Below, one piece after another: positions 27,918 to 37,123 of a stretch of 64,000 bases of DNA (position 1 is its first letter; the number at the start of each line of letters is the position of its first letter). The notes below the pieces were generated by a model, which was not told where the DNA came from, did not search any database, and worked only from the letters and a program-made list of their open reading frames with translations. The DNA comes from an uncultured Eubacteriales bacterium. GTDB taxonomy: Bacteria > Bacillota > Clostridia > Christensenellales > Aristaeellaceae. A program made the position numbers and the translations under genes. The stretch spans positions 116 to 64,115 of the forward strand of contig URUF01000005.1 of assembly GCA_900550955.1 (NCBI GenBank), in the 5' to 3' direction.

Positions 27918-28562
27918 GTGCATGAACCGATGAAGGATACGGTACGCGAAATTACGGAGGATAGGCGCGGCGCGCTTGTGACCTTTGAAGGCGGCGAGGC
28001 ATTGTGGTTTGGCCGGGCCGCCTGGCGCGAGCACGCGTCCATTGCCGTTGGCGATGAGGAGGATGTGGAGGCGCTTAAAGCCTGGCTGCTGCCCCGGCAA
28101 TATCCCGAGGCGCTTAACTATGCCGTGAGCCTGCTGGCCGCGCGGGCGCGCGCCAGCGGCGAAATCCGCCAGAAGCTGCGCCTGCGCCGCTATATGGACG
28201 ATACGATTGAAATGGTGGAATACAAGCTGGAAAAGGAGAAGCTGCTGGACGACAGGGCCTTTGCGCGCGAATGGGCCGCCTCCTGCGCCAGGCGGCAGAT
28301 GGGCAAAAGCCGCATTTTGCAGGAGCTGCGGCGCAAGGGGATTTCCCGGGAGCTGTGCGAGCAGGCGCTTGAAGAGCTGGACGGCGATGAGGGCGGCGCG
28401 GCGGCGGCCGCGCTGGCGGCAAAGCTTTTGCGCCGCTATGGCAAAGAGCCGGACCGGCGCAAGGCCATGGGCAAGCTGCTGGCCGCCATGGCGCGCAGGG
28501 GATATAGCTATGAGGAGGCGCGCCAGGCCGTGGAAGCCGCGCTGGCCGAGCTGGATGAATGA
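27918..28562 (+). CDS. recX: Recombination regulator RecX
   Basis: Three-helix repeats typical of RecX (ALNYAVSLLAARARASGEIRQKL..LLDDRAFAREWA..GKSRILQELRRKGISRELCEQAL). Confidence 0.75.
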   Translation: MHEPMKDTVREITEDRRGALVTFEGGEALWFGRAAWREHASIAVGDEEDVEALKAWLLPRQYPEALNYAVSLLAARARASGEIRQKLRLRRYMDDTIEMVEYKLEKEKLLDDRAFAREWAASCARRQMGKSRILQELRRKGISRELCEQALEELDGDEGGAAAAALAAKLLRRYGKEPDRRKAMGKLLAAMARRGYSYEEARQAVEAALAELDE

Positions 28563-28609
28563 TAAAAAAGCAGGCCGTTAACGGCCTGCAATACAAAAGG
28601 AGCTGCGCT

Positions 28610-29203
28610 ATGAACATTCGAATCGTAACGCCCGCCGACGCGGAGCGCCTGCTAAGCATTTATGCGCCTTACGTAACCCAAACGGCGATTACCTTTGAAT
28701 ATGACGTGCCTTCCGTAAACGAGTTTGCGCAGCGAATCGCAAGCACGCTGCGCAAATACCCCTATCTGGCGGCGGAGCAGGATGGGAAACTCCTTGGCTA
28801 TGCCTATGCGGGCTGCTTCCATGCGCGCGCGGCTTATGATTGGGCTGTTGAAACCTCCATTTATGTGGATTGGGAGGCGAAGGGGAAGGGCGTTGGCGGA
28901 AGGCTGCACCGGGCGCTGGAGAACGTGTTGAGGAAGCAGGGAATCCTGAATATGAACGCGTGCATCGCATATCCTGAAACGGAGGACGCTTATTTGACCA
29001 AAAACAGCGTGGAATTCCATGCGCACATGGGCTATCGCTGGGTGGGGCGGTTCCGGCAGTGCGGGTACAAGTTTGGCCGCTGGTACGATATGGTTTGGAT
29101 GGAAAAGCATATTGGAGAGCATTGCGGGAACCAGCCGCCGCCCAGGCCCTTTGCCGGGATATGCGATGAGCTGGGAAAAGCAATCGCGTTGGATGAAGAA
29201 TGA
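28610..29203 (+). CDS. GNAT acetyltransferase of the phosphinothricin/methionine-sulfoximine N-acetyltransferase (PAT/MddA) type
   Basis: MNIRIVTPADAERLLSIYAPYVTQTAITFEYDVPSVNEF..GYAYAG.F..RAAYDW..E.SIYV..GKGVG..L. AAAAGGAG RBS before the ATG at 28610. Confidence 0.75.
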   Translation: MNIRIVTPADAERLLSIYAPYVTQTAITFEYDVPSVNEFAQRIASTLRKYPYLAAEQDGKLLGYAYAGCFHARAAYDWAVETSIYVDWEAKGKGVGGRLHRALENVLRKQGILNMNACIAYPETEDAYLTKNSVEFHAHMGYRWVGRFRQCGYKFGRWYDMVWMEKHIGEHCGNQPPPRPFAGICDELGKAIALDEE

Positions 29204-29246
29204 GGCAATGGGGAAAACCCAGGCGCAGTTAGGAATTGTTTGAACG

Positions 29247-29277
29247 AAAAAGCGGACGGCCGCAAAAGGCCATCCGC
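29247..29277 (-). terminator. Terminator after mntR
   Basis: gcggatggcc / ggccgtccgc hairpin (one mismatch) followed by ttttt on the minus strand. Confidence 0.5.
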
Positions 29278-29310
29278 AAAGAAGCCCAAAGGCTGCCGCC
29301 TATCCGGCGG

Positions 29311-29679
29311 TCAGGAATATTTTTCTACGTGGCGGCGAATGGCGGCGAAGGTTTCGTCGCTCAGGTCGTGCTCAATTTTGCAGGCGTCGGCTAGCGCTAC
29401 CTCCTCGCTGACGCCAAGGCGGATCAAAAAGCTGGAAAGCAGGTTGTGGCGTTCAAGGATTGGCTTGGCAATGGCTTCGCCGCGCTCGGTAAGGGTGATG
29501 CGGTTATCGTCGCCCATCAAAATATAGCCGTTTTCACGCAGGCGTTTCATGGCAAAGCTTACGGAGGGCTTGGTAACGTTGAGCCGCGCGGCAATATCCA
29601 CCGAACGGGCGGAGCCGTTCTCCTGGCAAAGCATCAAAATAGCCTCGAGATAATCCTCGGCGGATTCATGGATATTCAT
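29311..29679 (-). CDS. mntR: DtxR/MntR-family metal-dependent transcriptional repressor
   Basis: MNIHESAEDYLEAILML..ARSVDIAARLNVTKPSVSFAMKRLRENGYI..CKIEHDLSDET. AAAGGAGG RBS present. Divergent from mntP. Confidence 0.8.
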   Translation of the reverse strand: MNIHESAEDYLEAILMLCQENGSARSVDIAARLNVTKPSVSFAMKRLRENGYILMGDDNRITLTERGEAIAKPILERHNLLSSFLIRLGVSEEVALADACKIEHDLSDETFAAIRRHVEKYS

Positions 29680-29763
29680 AAAAAGACCTCCTTTTCGTAA
29701 TCGTAGCATATTTTGGGAAGAAAAACAACCATCCGTTCAAAGGCAAGTCGCGCCGCCGTCATG

Positions 29764-29792
29764 TTGACAGCAAACGGGCGATAGGATAGAAT
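29764..29792 (+). promoter_or_regulatory. Sigma-A promoter of mntP in the mntR-mntP divergent region
   Basis: TTGACA, 17-nt spacer, TAGAAT. Confidence 0.6.
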
Positions 29793-29838
29793 AAGATTCC
29801 ATGTAAATGGGGCGAAACAAGCGGAGGTGCGTAGCGGC

Positions 29839-30402
29839 ATGGAACTGGTACTCATTGCCATTGGCCTTTCGATGGACGCTTTTGCGGTGGCGCTGTGTAA
29901 AGGATTGGGCATGAGGCGCATCAATTATGGACATGCATTGGTTATTGCGCTGTTCTTTGGTGTTTTTCAGGGGATTATGCCGCTGATCGGCTGGTTTTTG
30001 GGCACGCAATTTGCCATGTACGTTATGCCGGTAGACCATTGGGTTGCCTTTGTGCTGCTTGCCTATATCGGCGGCAAAATGATTTGGGACGCGCTGCATG
30101 AAACCGATGAAGGCGCGGCCTGCGAAATGGATCAGCGCCTGGATATCAGGGAATTGTTCATCATGGCGGTGGCCACCAGCATCGACGCGCTGGCTGTGGG
30201 CATTACCTTTGCCTTTTTGCAGATGGATATCCTCCCGGCAGTGCTTTTGATCGCCAGTATTACATTCGGGCTTTCCCTGCTTGGCGTGATCATTGGCAAC
30301 CGCTTTGGCAACCGCTTTCAAAAAAAGGCGGAAATCACAGGCGGAGCGGTGCTGGTGCTCATCGGCGTCAAAATCCTGCTGGAGCATTTGGGCGTGCTAT
30401 GA
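29839..30402 (+). CDS. mntP: Manganese efflux pump MntP
   Basis: MELVLIAIGLSMDAFAVAL plus a second-half repeat (AVATSIDALAVGITFAF), the duplicated DUF204 architecture. Confidence 0.85.
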   Translation: MELVLIAIGLSMDAFAVALCKGLGMRRINYGHALVIALFFGVFQGIMPLIGWFLGTQFAMYVMPVDHWVAFVLLAYIGGKMIWDALHETDEGAACEMDQRLDIRELFIMAVATSIDALAVGITFAFLQMDILPAVLLIASITFGLSLLGVIIGNRFGNRFQKKAEITGGAVLVLIGVKILLEHLGVL

Positions 30403-30609
30403 GGGGTTCTCCTCGTCCCTGACGGGGCTATGGAAGCACGGGGCGAACCAGTCGGTATCCTTGAGAGCCGCAAGCTGCTCGCGGGAAATAACGGTGTTTG
30501 TGCCCAGGCAGGCGTTGCAGCGATAGCCGCATTCGGGGCAAACGCAGGCCATGCGTTCGGTTTCGGATTGAATCATATATGTTTCGCAATGCGGGCAGCC
30601 ACAGCGCAC
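30397..30609 (-). CDS. Small cysteine-rich zinc-ribbon protein, function unknown
   Basis: 70 aa. CGCPHC..(13)..CVCPEC..(3)..CNAC. GTG start preceded by GGGAGGGGG at 7 nt. The 3' end overlaps mntP convergently by 6 nt. Confidence 0.5.
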   Translation of the reverse strand: MRCGCPHCETYMIQSETERMACVCPECGYRCNACLGTNTVISREQLAALKDTDWFAPCFHSPVRDEENPS

Positions 30610-30703
30610 AGCAAAACCCCCTCCCGATATGGAATACAGCTATTGTAGCACACCCGGCCAGGAAACGCAAAGCAAAGAACAGGCGCGGAAGGAGAGTATC
30701 AAA

Positions 30704-31099
30704 ATGCGAAAGAAACTGGCCCTTCTTGCGCTGGCGGTGTTGGCGCTATGCGCGCTTAGCGGCTGCAAGCAAAACCCCAGCGAGGAAAAGCTATATGCAA
30801 AGCTGATCGGCCGCTTTGAAAACGCCGGGTATGCGTGCGCGCTTTCAAAGCTGGAGGAAAGCGACCCTGGGCGCGACGTGCCAATTTATAACGCGAGCGT
30901 GTGGCACAGGCTGATGGTGGACGGGGAAGAAATCCTTGTTTACTTTGACGAGAGCAACCGCGCGGATTACCTTTGCGGGCGCGTTGACGAGGAGAAATAT
31001 GGGCATGCCGCCCGGTTTGGATTGCGCTTTGTGCTTGTATATCCAGGGGATGACGAGGGCGTGCTCAAGGTGCTCAAAAGCCTGGAGGACGCCGCGTAA
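30704..31099 (+). CDS. Lipoprotein, function unknown
   Basis: MRKKLALLALAVLALCALSGC has a signal peptide and an LSGC lipobox. GGAAGGAG RBS before the ATG at 30704. Confidence 0.65.
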   Translation: MRKKLALLALAVLALCALSGCKQNPSEEKLYAKLIGRFENAGYACALSKLEESDPGRDVPIYNASVWHRLMVDGEEILVYFDESNRADYLCGRVDEEKYGHAARFGLRFVLVYPGDDEGVLKVLKSLEDAA

Positions 31100-31115
31100 G
31101 GGCAATGACACAGCC

Positions 31116-31157
31116 AAAAAAGAGGGCTTCCCAAACGAGTGGGAAGCCCTTTTTTTG
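31116..31157. terminator. Bidirectional terminator between the lipoprotein gene and degV
   Basis: aaaaaag-agggcttccc-aaacgagt-gggaagccct-ttttttt. Confidence 0.8.
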
Positions 31158-31175
31158 GCACTTTCTGCGCCTGCG

Positions 31176-32062
31176 TCAGCGCACGCGCTGGTCGCCCCAG
31201 AAAAACAGCGCAACCGTGCCCGGGCCGGTATGGCTGCCGATGGTGGTGCCCACGCTATAAATCTCCACCTTGCCATTCAGCTTGGGGAAGCGTTCCTCTA
31301 CCAAGCGGGCCACGGCCTGCGCGTCCTCCAGGCAATCGGAGTTGGAAATATAGCACTTGCCGCTGTAATCCAGCCCATCCTGCGCGTGCTCGGCCATTTG
31401 GTTTACAATTTCGCGAATGACCTTGCTCTTGCCGCGAATTTTGAAGCGGGGAATCAGGCGGCCCAGATCATCCATGTTAAGCAGGGGCATATCCTAAGCA
31501 CCGTGCCAAACCAGCCGCTGGCCTTGGAGATGCGCCCGCCCTTCACATAGAAGGTTAAATCCGTGGAGAAAAACCAGTGATGCAGCTTGAGCTTGTTGCT
31601 TTCCGCCCAATGATACGCTTCCTCCACCGTTTTCCCTTGGTCGCGCAGGTCGGCCAGCTTGTCCATAAGCAGGCCGTAGCCGGAGGACGCGCCCAGGGAA
31701 TCCACAATGTAAATGGAGCGCTCAGGGTACTTGGCCTTGAGCTCGTCCCGGGCGATTAGGGCGGAGTTGCTCACGCCGGAAATGCCGCTGGACAGGCTCA
31801 CGTGCAGGATGTCCAGCCCCTGCTCCAGAAACGGGGTGAAGTAGCTTACAAACTCATCCGCGTTCACTTGGGAGGTGCGGGTTTCCGCGCCGTTGGCCAT
31901 GGCCTGATAGAAGGTGTCAAAGGGCATGGATTTGCCAAGATCATCGTCGTACATCACGCCGTCAAGCATGTAGTGGAAGCAGACGTAATGGATGTCCCGC
32001 GATTGGAAGTGCTGCTCGCTGAGGTCGGCGGTGGAGCAGCAGCTAAGTACGTAATTGCTCAT
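31176..32062 (-). pseudogene. degV: Frameshifted DegV-family fatty-acid-binding protein
   Basis: ORF 31454-32062 carries the N-terminal DegV part (..STDLTFYVKGGRISKASGWFGTVLRI) and ORF 31176-31490 the remainder (PLLNMDDLGRLIPRFKIRGKSKV..GTTIGSHTGPGTVALFF) in a different frame. The frame switch is near 31485-31495. Confidence 0.7.
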
Positions 32063-32143
32063 GGAGTGGTCACTCGCTTTCTGTATCCTGCGGCCGTATT
32101 CAGGCCGCGTTTACTATCTTCGGCCTAAAAAGGGAAATTCCTG

Positions 32144-32932
32144 CTATTCGCCCTCATATTCCACTTGGGTTAATTCCAAACCGCAGGCCGGCGCGGTAAC
32201 GCCCAGGGCCAAACGATCGCCGGTGTCCAGCGCGCGCTGGAAGGCGCCGGCGTCCAGGCGGCCCATGCCAATATCCAGCATGGTGCCCGCAATGATGCGA
32301 ACCATGTTGTACAGAAACGCGTTGCCGCGCACGGTGAGGGTAAGCATGCTGCCGCTCTGGGCAAGGCTAGCCTCTTCCAACGTGCGGACGGTGGTTTTGG
32401 CCGTGCCGCCCGAGGCCTGGAAGGCCACAAAGTCATGCGTGCCCAGCAGGCATTGCAGGCTTTGGCGCATGCGCTCCACATCCAGCGCCTGGGGCACGTG
32501 GGCGGTGAGGTCGCGCAGAAGCGCGCTGGCATGCGGCGCGTTGTGAATGCGGTAGGTATAGCGCTTGCCGCGCGCGTCAAAACGCGCGTGAAAATCGGAC
32601 GGTACAGCGCGGCCGGCCAGCACGCGGATATCGCGCGGCAGGCAGGTGTTGAGCGCAAAAGGGTATTTCTCTGGCGGAATATGGCTGAAGGTATCAAAAT
32701 GCGCCCGCTGGCCCATGGCATGCACGCCCGCGTCGGTGCGGCTTGCCCCCGTTACGCGGATGGCTTCGCCGGTGAGCTTGAAAAGCGCTTCTTCCACGCG
32801 CTGCTGCACAGCCACCGCGTTTTCCTGAAGCTGCCAGCCCGCGTAGGCGGTGCCGTCATAGCTGATGGTGAGCAAAACGCGGTGCGTGCCTTCCTGCGGC
32901 GCTTCCCGGATGATGGGCGCAAGCCGGCTCAT
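32144..32932 (-). CDS. truA: tRNA pseudouridine(38-40) synthase TruA
   Basis: ISYDGTAYAGWQLQ..ASRTDAGVHA..RYTY..FLYNMVR. ATGA overlap with the ecfT stop at 32929-32932. Confidence 0.9.
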   Translation of the reverse strand: MSRLAPIIREAPQEGTHRVLLTISYDGTAYAGWQLQENAVAVQQRVEEALFKLTGEAIRVTGASRTDAGVHAMGQRAHFDTFSHIPPEKYPFALNTCLPRDIRVLAGRAVPSDFHARFDARGKRYTYRIHNAPHASALLRDLTAHVPQALDVERMRQSLQCLLGTHDFVAFQASGGTAKTTVRTLEEASLAQSGSMLTLTVRGNAFLYNMVRIIAGTMLDIGMGRLDAGAFQRALDTGDRLALGVTAPACGLELTQVEYEGE

Positions 32933-33735
32933 TTGACCCACATCCCGCAAAGAATGGTGACCGCCAGCGTACCGATGGTAACAAGCAGCGCATACGCGTC
33001 ATTTTTGGTATACTTAAGCACGCGCAGGCGGGTGCGGCCCTCGCCGCCATGATAGCAGCGCGCCTCCATGGCCATGGCCAGGTCGCCCGCGCGGCGGAAC
33101 GCGCTTACAAACAGCGGCACCAGCAGCGGAATCATCGCCTTGGCGCGCTTGATAAGGTTGCCGCTTTCAAAATCGGCCCCGCGCGCCATCTGGGCTTTCA
33201 TGATCTTATCGGCTTCCTCAATGAGCGTGGGGATGAAACGCAGGGCGATGGTCATCATCATTGCCAGCTCATGGGCGGGGAAATGAATCGCCTTGAGCGG
33301 CCTTAAAAGCATCTCGATGCCATCGCTGAGGGCGACGGGCGAGGTGGTAAGCGTGAGGATGGACGTGCCCGCCACCAGGAAGATCAGCCTCATGCTGAAA
33401 TGCACCGCCGTGGTGAAGCCCTCCCGGGTTACGCGCAGGAAGCCCCAGTGAATCCAAACGGTTGTGCCGCTGGAAAAAAACAGGTTGAGAAGAAAGGTTA
33501 AAATCAACAGGAAGCGCAGCGGCTTAACGGATTTTAAAAGCCGCTTGGGCGTAAGCCCGGACAGCTTGGATACCGCCAGCAGGTACCCCAAGGGGATAAT
33601 GTACCATAACGGGCTGGTAACGCAGAAGATGATTGCGATATAGAAAATGGTGAGGATGATTTTTGTACGGGGGTCCAAGCGATGAACGACCGTATCGCCA
33701 GGCATATACTGGCCGAGGGTGATATCTCTGAGCAT
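32929..33735 (-). CDS. ecfT: ECF transporter transmembrane (T) component
   Basis: 268-aa membrane protein with the C-terminal ARGADFESG..AMEARCY signature. Sits downstream of two ecfA genes. Confidence 0.85.
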   Translation of the reverse strand: MLRDITLGQYMPGDTVVHRLDPRTKIILTIFYIAIIFCVTSPLWYIIPLGYLLAVSKLSGLTPKRLLKSVKPLRFLLILTFLLNLFFSSGTTVWIHWGFLRVTREGFTTAVHFSMRLIFLVAGTSILTLTTSPVALSDGIEMLLRPLKAIHFPAHELAMMMTIALRFIPTLIEEADKIMKAQMARGADFESGNLIKRAKAMIPLLVPLFVSAFRRAGDLAMAMEARCYHGGEGRTRLRVLKYTKNDAYALLVTIGTLAVTILCGMWVK

Positions 33736-34595
33736 CAGGCGTCCTCCTTTCCGGCCAGCCGGAGGATAGCGTCGCGCACCTGGGAAAGCGTGTACAAATC
33801 ATCCGGCAGGGAAAAGCCCTCGGCAATCAGCGCATGGGTAAGCTCCGCCGCCTGCGGCACGCCCAGCCCGATGGAGCGCAGGGTATCCTGCTGGGTAAAC
33901 ACCTCGCGCGGGGCGCCGCTCATCACCAGCTTGCCATGGCTCATCACCACAAGGCGCGTGGCGAGGGTGGAAATATCGTCCATGCTGTGGCTGACCATGA
34001 CGACGGTTAGGCCGCCCGCCGCGTGCAGCTCCCGGATCATGGCAAGGATGCTGCGCCGCCCGGCGGGGTCGAGGCCTGCGGTGGGCTCGTCCAAAATGAG
34101 CACCTTGGGCTGCATGGCCAAAACGCCCGCGATGGCTACGCGGCGCATCTGCCCGCCGCTGAGCTCAAAGGGCGAGCGCTCCGCCGTGGTTTCATAGTCC
34201 AGGCCGACGCGCTGCATGGCGCCGCGCACGCGCCGGTCGATCTCTTCATCCGGCAGTCCCATGTTTTTGGGGCCAAAGGCGATATCCTTGGCCACGGTTT
34301 CCTCAAACAGCTGGTATTCGGGGTACTGGAATACCAGCCCCACCTTTTTGCGTACCTCCAAAAGGCTTACGCCCTTTTCGGAAAGGTCCAGGCCGTCCAC
34401 CACCACGCGGCCGGAGGTGGGCTTTACCAGGCCGTTCAAGTGCTGCACCAGCGTGGTTTTGCCGCTGCCGGTATGGCCCAAAAGGCCAATAAACTCGCCG
34501 TCCTCAATGGTAAGGCTCACATCATGCAGGGCTGTGGCGGCAAAGGGGCTGCCGGGCATATAGGTATGGGTAAGATGCTCTACTTGGATGGGCAT
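33735..34595 (-). CDS. ecfA2: ECF transporter ATPase component A2
   Basis: MPIQVEHLTHTY..GHTGSGKTTL (Walker A), LSGGQMRRVAIAG (ABC signature), ILDEPTAGLD (Walker B). The track ORF is over-extended at the N-terminus. Confidence 0.85.
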   Translation of the reverse strand: MPIQVEHLTHTYMPGSPFAATALHDVSLTIEDGEFIGLLGHTGSGKTTLVQHLNGLVKPTSGRVVVDGLDLSEKGVSLLEVRKKVGLVFQYPEYQLFEETVAKDIAFGPKNMGLPDEEIDRRVRGAMQRVGLDYETTAERSPFELSGGQMRRVAIAGVLAMQPKVLILDEPTAGLDPAGRRSILAMIRELHAAGGLTVVMVSHSMDDISTLATRLVVMSHGKLVMSGAPREVFTQQDTLRSIGLGVPQAAELTHALIAEGFSLPDDLYTLSQVRDAILRLAGKEDA

Positions 34596-35437
34596 AGCGC
34601 TTTTTTCAGCTCCTTTACCATATCGGCTACCGTAAGCACGCCCGCGGGCAGGGCCATGCCGCGCGCGTTGAGCTGCATGGCCAGGTCGGCCATGGGGGGC
34701 ACGTCCAGCCCAAGCGCCTTGATTTCCTCCACGTGAGAAAACACCTCGGCGGGCGTGCCGTCCAGCGCGATATGGCCTTTGTCCAGCACCACTACGCGGT
34801 CCGCCACGGCGGCCTCCTCCATAAAATGGGTAATCCATACGACCGTCATACCCTGCTCGCGGTTCAAGTTGCGCACGGTATTCAGCACGTCGGTACGGCC
34901 GGAGGGGTCCAGCATGGCGGTGGCCTCGTCCAGAATCATCACCTCGGGCTGCATGGCCAAAACGCCCGCAACGGCCACGCGCTGCTTTTGCCCGCCGCTG
35001 AGCATATGCGGGGCAAAGCTGGCGCGCTCGGTCATGCGCACGGCGGCCAGCGCCTGATCAATGCGGGGGATCATCTCCTCCTGCGGCACGCCCAGATTTT
35101 CCAGGCCAAAGGCCACGTCCTCGCGCACCACATTGGCCACGATCTGGTTATCCGGGTTCTGGAACACCATGCCCGCGTGGCGGCGCACGTTCCAGACCTC
35201 CTCCTCGGCGGCGGTATCCAGGCCGCATACCAGCACGCGCCCCTCCGTGGGCAGGTAAAGGGCGTTCATAAGCTTGGCAAGCGTGCTTTTGCCGCTGCCG
35301 TTATGCCCCAAAACCGCCACAAACGAGCCCTTTTCAATCTCAAGGCTCACATGCTCCACCGCGGGGGCGCCGCCTTCCTCGTATTGATAGCAAACGTTCT
35401 GCGTTTGCACAGGGAATGCCGGGTTTTGTGTCTGCAT
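34580..35437 (-). CDS. ecfA1: ECF transporter ATPase component A1
   Basis: GHNGSGKSTLAK, LSGGQKQRVAVAG, ILDEATAMLD. AAAGGAG RBS present. Confidence 0.85.
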   Translation of the reverse strand: MQTQNPAFPVQTQNVCYQYEEGGAPAVEHVSLEIEKGSFVAVLGHNGSGKSTLAKLMNALYLPTEGRVLVCGLDTAAEEEVWNVRRHAGMVFQNPDNQIVANVVREDVAFGLENLGVPQEEMIPRIDQALAAVRMTERASFAPHMLSGGQKQRVAVAGVLAMQPEVMILDEATAMLDPSGRTDVLNTVRNLNREQGMTVVWITHFMEEAAVADRVVVLDKGHIALDGTPAEVFSHVEEIKALGLDVPPMADLAMQLNARGMALPAGVLTVADMVKELKKALCPSK

Positions 35438-35455
35438 GGAATGCTCCTTTTCCGC

Positions 35456-35917
35456 TTAGTGGGGAAGCAGGGCGCCGTCTATGCCGCAAAGCAGCTGCGG
35501 GTCGTTTTCGCGCGCCCAGGCAACGGCGCTCAGGCGGTCATGCTCCAGCTGCCTAGCCAGCTCCTCCAACGAGTCAAACGTGATTTCCGGCCTGAGAAAG
35601 GCGCAATACCGAAGCATGAGCCGCCTGCCGTACAGGTCGTGATCCGGATGCCCCAGCAGGTGGGCCTCCACGGTGGGCATCCCATCCGGCACGGTGGGGT
35701 GCCGCCCCTGGTTTAAGATGCACACATAGCCGCGCCCCTCGCCCAATACCTCCGCAACGCCGATGTAAACGCCCTCCCTGGGCCAATCACGGCTTTGAGG
35801 GTCGTAAGCGATGTTGGCGGTGGGAAAGCCTAGGCGGCTGCCCAAGCGCTTGCCGCGCACCACCTGCCCCCGCAGGGTGAAGCCGGGGGCGCCCATGGGG
35901 GATGCGGATACGCTCAT
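35456..35917 (-). CDS. Stand-alone riboflavin kinase domain protein (RibF C-terminal-domain-like)
   Basis: GQVVRGKRLGSRLGFPTANI..GVY..HPTV..VEAHLL....DLYGRRL..F..LRPE..FDSLEEL. No FAD-synthetase N-domain. Start taken at the ATG at 35917, 7 nt after GGAG. Confidence 0.7.
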   Translation of the reverse strand: MSVSASPMGAPGFTLRGQVVRGKRLGSRLGFPTANIAYDPQSRDWPREGVYIGVAEVLGEGRGYVCILNQGRHPTVPDGMPTVEAHLLGHPDHDLYGRRLMLRYCAFLRPEITFDSLEELARQLEHDRLSAVAWARENDPQLLCGIDGALLPH

Positions 35918-36094
35918 GGGCACGCTCCTTTCCGCTGGGAAATGTCAAAAGCGTGAGTATTATACTTCATAAGAAGAAGAAACGCAAATGAAAATGCAAC
36001 TTGCCTCAACAAGGGGGACTATTGTATAATAAACTTGCTTTTATGCGCCTGCGAGGCTCGCGCGGGCTATGAAACGAAAGGAACGAGAAAACGG

Positions 36095-37114
36095 ATGCGC
36101 AAAGCGATTTTTTCTGCGATGAGTGTGGTATTGGCAGTATTGGTAGCGGCTTTGGCCTTTTTGATTCCTTCGGGCGCGGTTACCGAGGACGCGCAGGCGC
36201 GCTATAACGAAGCTATGAGCGGCGGGAAGGACGCATGGGACGAGGACGCCGCCCTGCCCAAGCCCTACGCCGTGTTAGCCAGCGCCGTGTTCAGCGACAT
36301 TTTGCCCTCCGCGAACGTGGATGCGCTGCCGGTGGATTTGTTTGCGCCCGGCAGCACGCCCAAAAGTGAAAACTTTACCGAAAACGGCTACCGGGATGAA
36401 ACCATCATCGTGGAGATGGACAAGCAGCGTTTCTACGACAGCGATGTGTTTATCGCCTATGTGAAAATCGCCACGCCTTCCCAGCTGCGCACGGCGGTGG
36501 CGGGGAAGAAGATCGGTTCCTCCAGCACCAACCATACAAGCACCATCAGCGCTAACTATAACGGCATCGTAGCCATCAACGGCGACTATTTTACCAAGAC
36601 CAAGGCCGGATACATCGTGCGCATGGGGGAAACCTACCGCGAAAAAACCAGCAAGAACATGGATCTTTTGCTGATTGACGAAATGGGCGATTTCCATATC
36701 TACCTGCGCGGGCATGACGGGCAGGCCAACGGCGTGGCGGCGTTTCTGTCCGAGCATGAGATTGTAAACGGCTTCTTCTTTGGCCCCGCGCTGGTGGTGG
36801 ATGGCGAAAAGCAGGAGATTCCGGAAAATTACCAGTTTGACCCGCATCAAAAGAACCCGCGCGCGGGCATTGCGCAGCTGGGCCCGCTCACCTATGCGCT
36901 GGTGGTGGTCAACGGCCGCACGGAGGGTTCCGAGGGCGCGACGCTGGCGGAGTTTGCCGATATCATGGCCCAGCTGGGCGCGAAGCAGGCGTACAACCTG
37001 GACGGCGGAAACAGCGCGACGCTGGCGTTCCACGGCGAGGTGTACAACGATAAGCCTCAGGCCGAGCGCTCCGTGACGGATATTATTTACTTTGCCAGCG
37101 CCATTGGCGAGTAA
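36095..37114 (+). CDS. Phosphodiester glycosidase (NAGPA/DUF2233) family envelope protein
   Basis: N-terminal signal anchor (MRKAIFSAMSVVLAVLVAALAFLI) and the C-terminal AYNLDGGNSATLAFHGEVYN motif typical of the family. Confidence 0.6.
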   Translation: MRKAIFSAMSVVLAVLVAALAFLIPSGAVTEDAQARYNEAMSGGKDAWDEDAALPKPYAVLASAVFSDILPSANVDALPVDLFAPGSTPKSENFTENGYRDETIIVEMDKQRFYDSDVFIAYVKIATPSQLRTAVAGKKIGSSSTNHTSTISANYNGIVAINGDYFTKTKAGYIVRMGETYREKTSKNMDLLLIDEMGDFHIYLRGHDGQANGVAAFLSEHEIVNGFFFGPALVVDGEKQEIPENYQFDPHQKNPRAGIAQLGPLTYALVVVNGRTEGSEGATLAEFADIMAQLGAKQAYNLDGGNSATLAFHGEVYNDKPQAERSVTDIIYFASAIGE

Positions 37115-37123
37115 GGAGCGAGC

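Noticed and set aside
28570-28589. Perfect 20-nt palindrome gcaggccgttaacggcctgc after recX, considered as a terminator.
   Set aside because: No U-tract follows it on the plus strand, and the next gene's RBS starts about 10 nt later. It is more likely a stabilising hairpin or an incidental palindrome, so it is not annotated as a terminator.
29680-29838. Possible yybP-ykoY Mn riboswitch in front of mntP.
   Set aside because: The TTGACA here fits better as the -35 of a TTGACA-17-TAGAAT promoter. There is no GGGGAGUAG 5' half, and the leader would be only about 40 nt.
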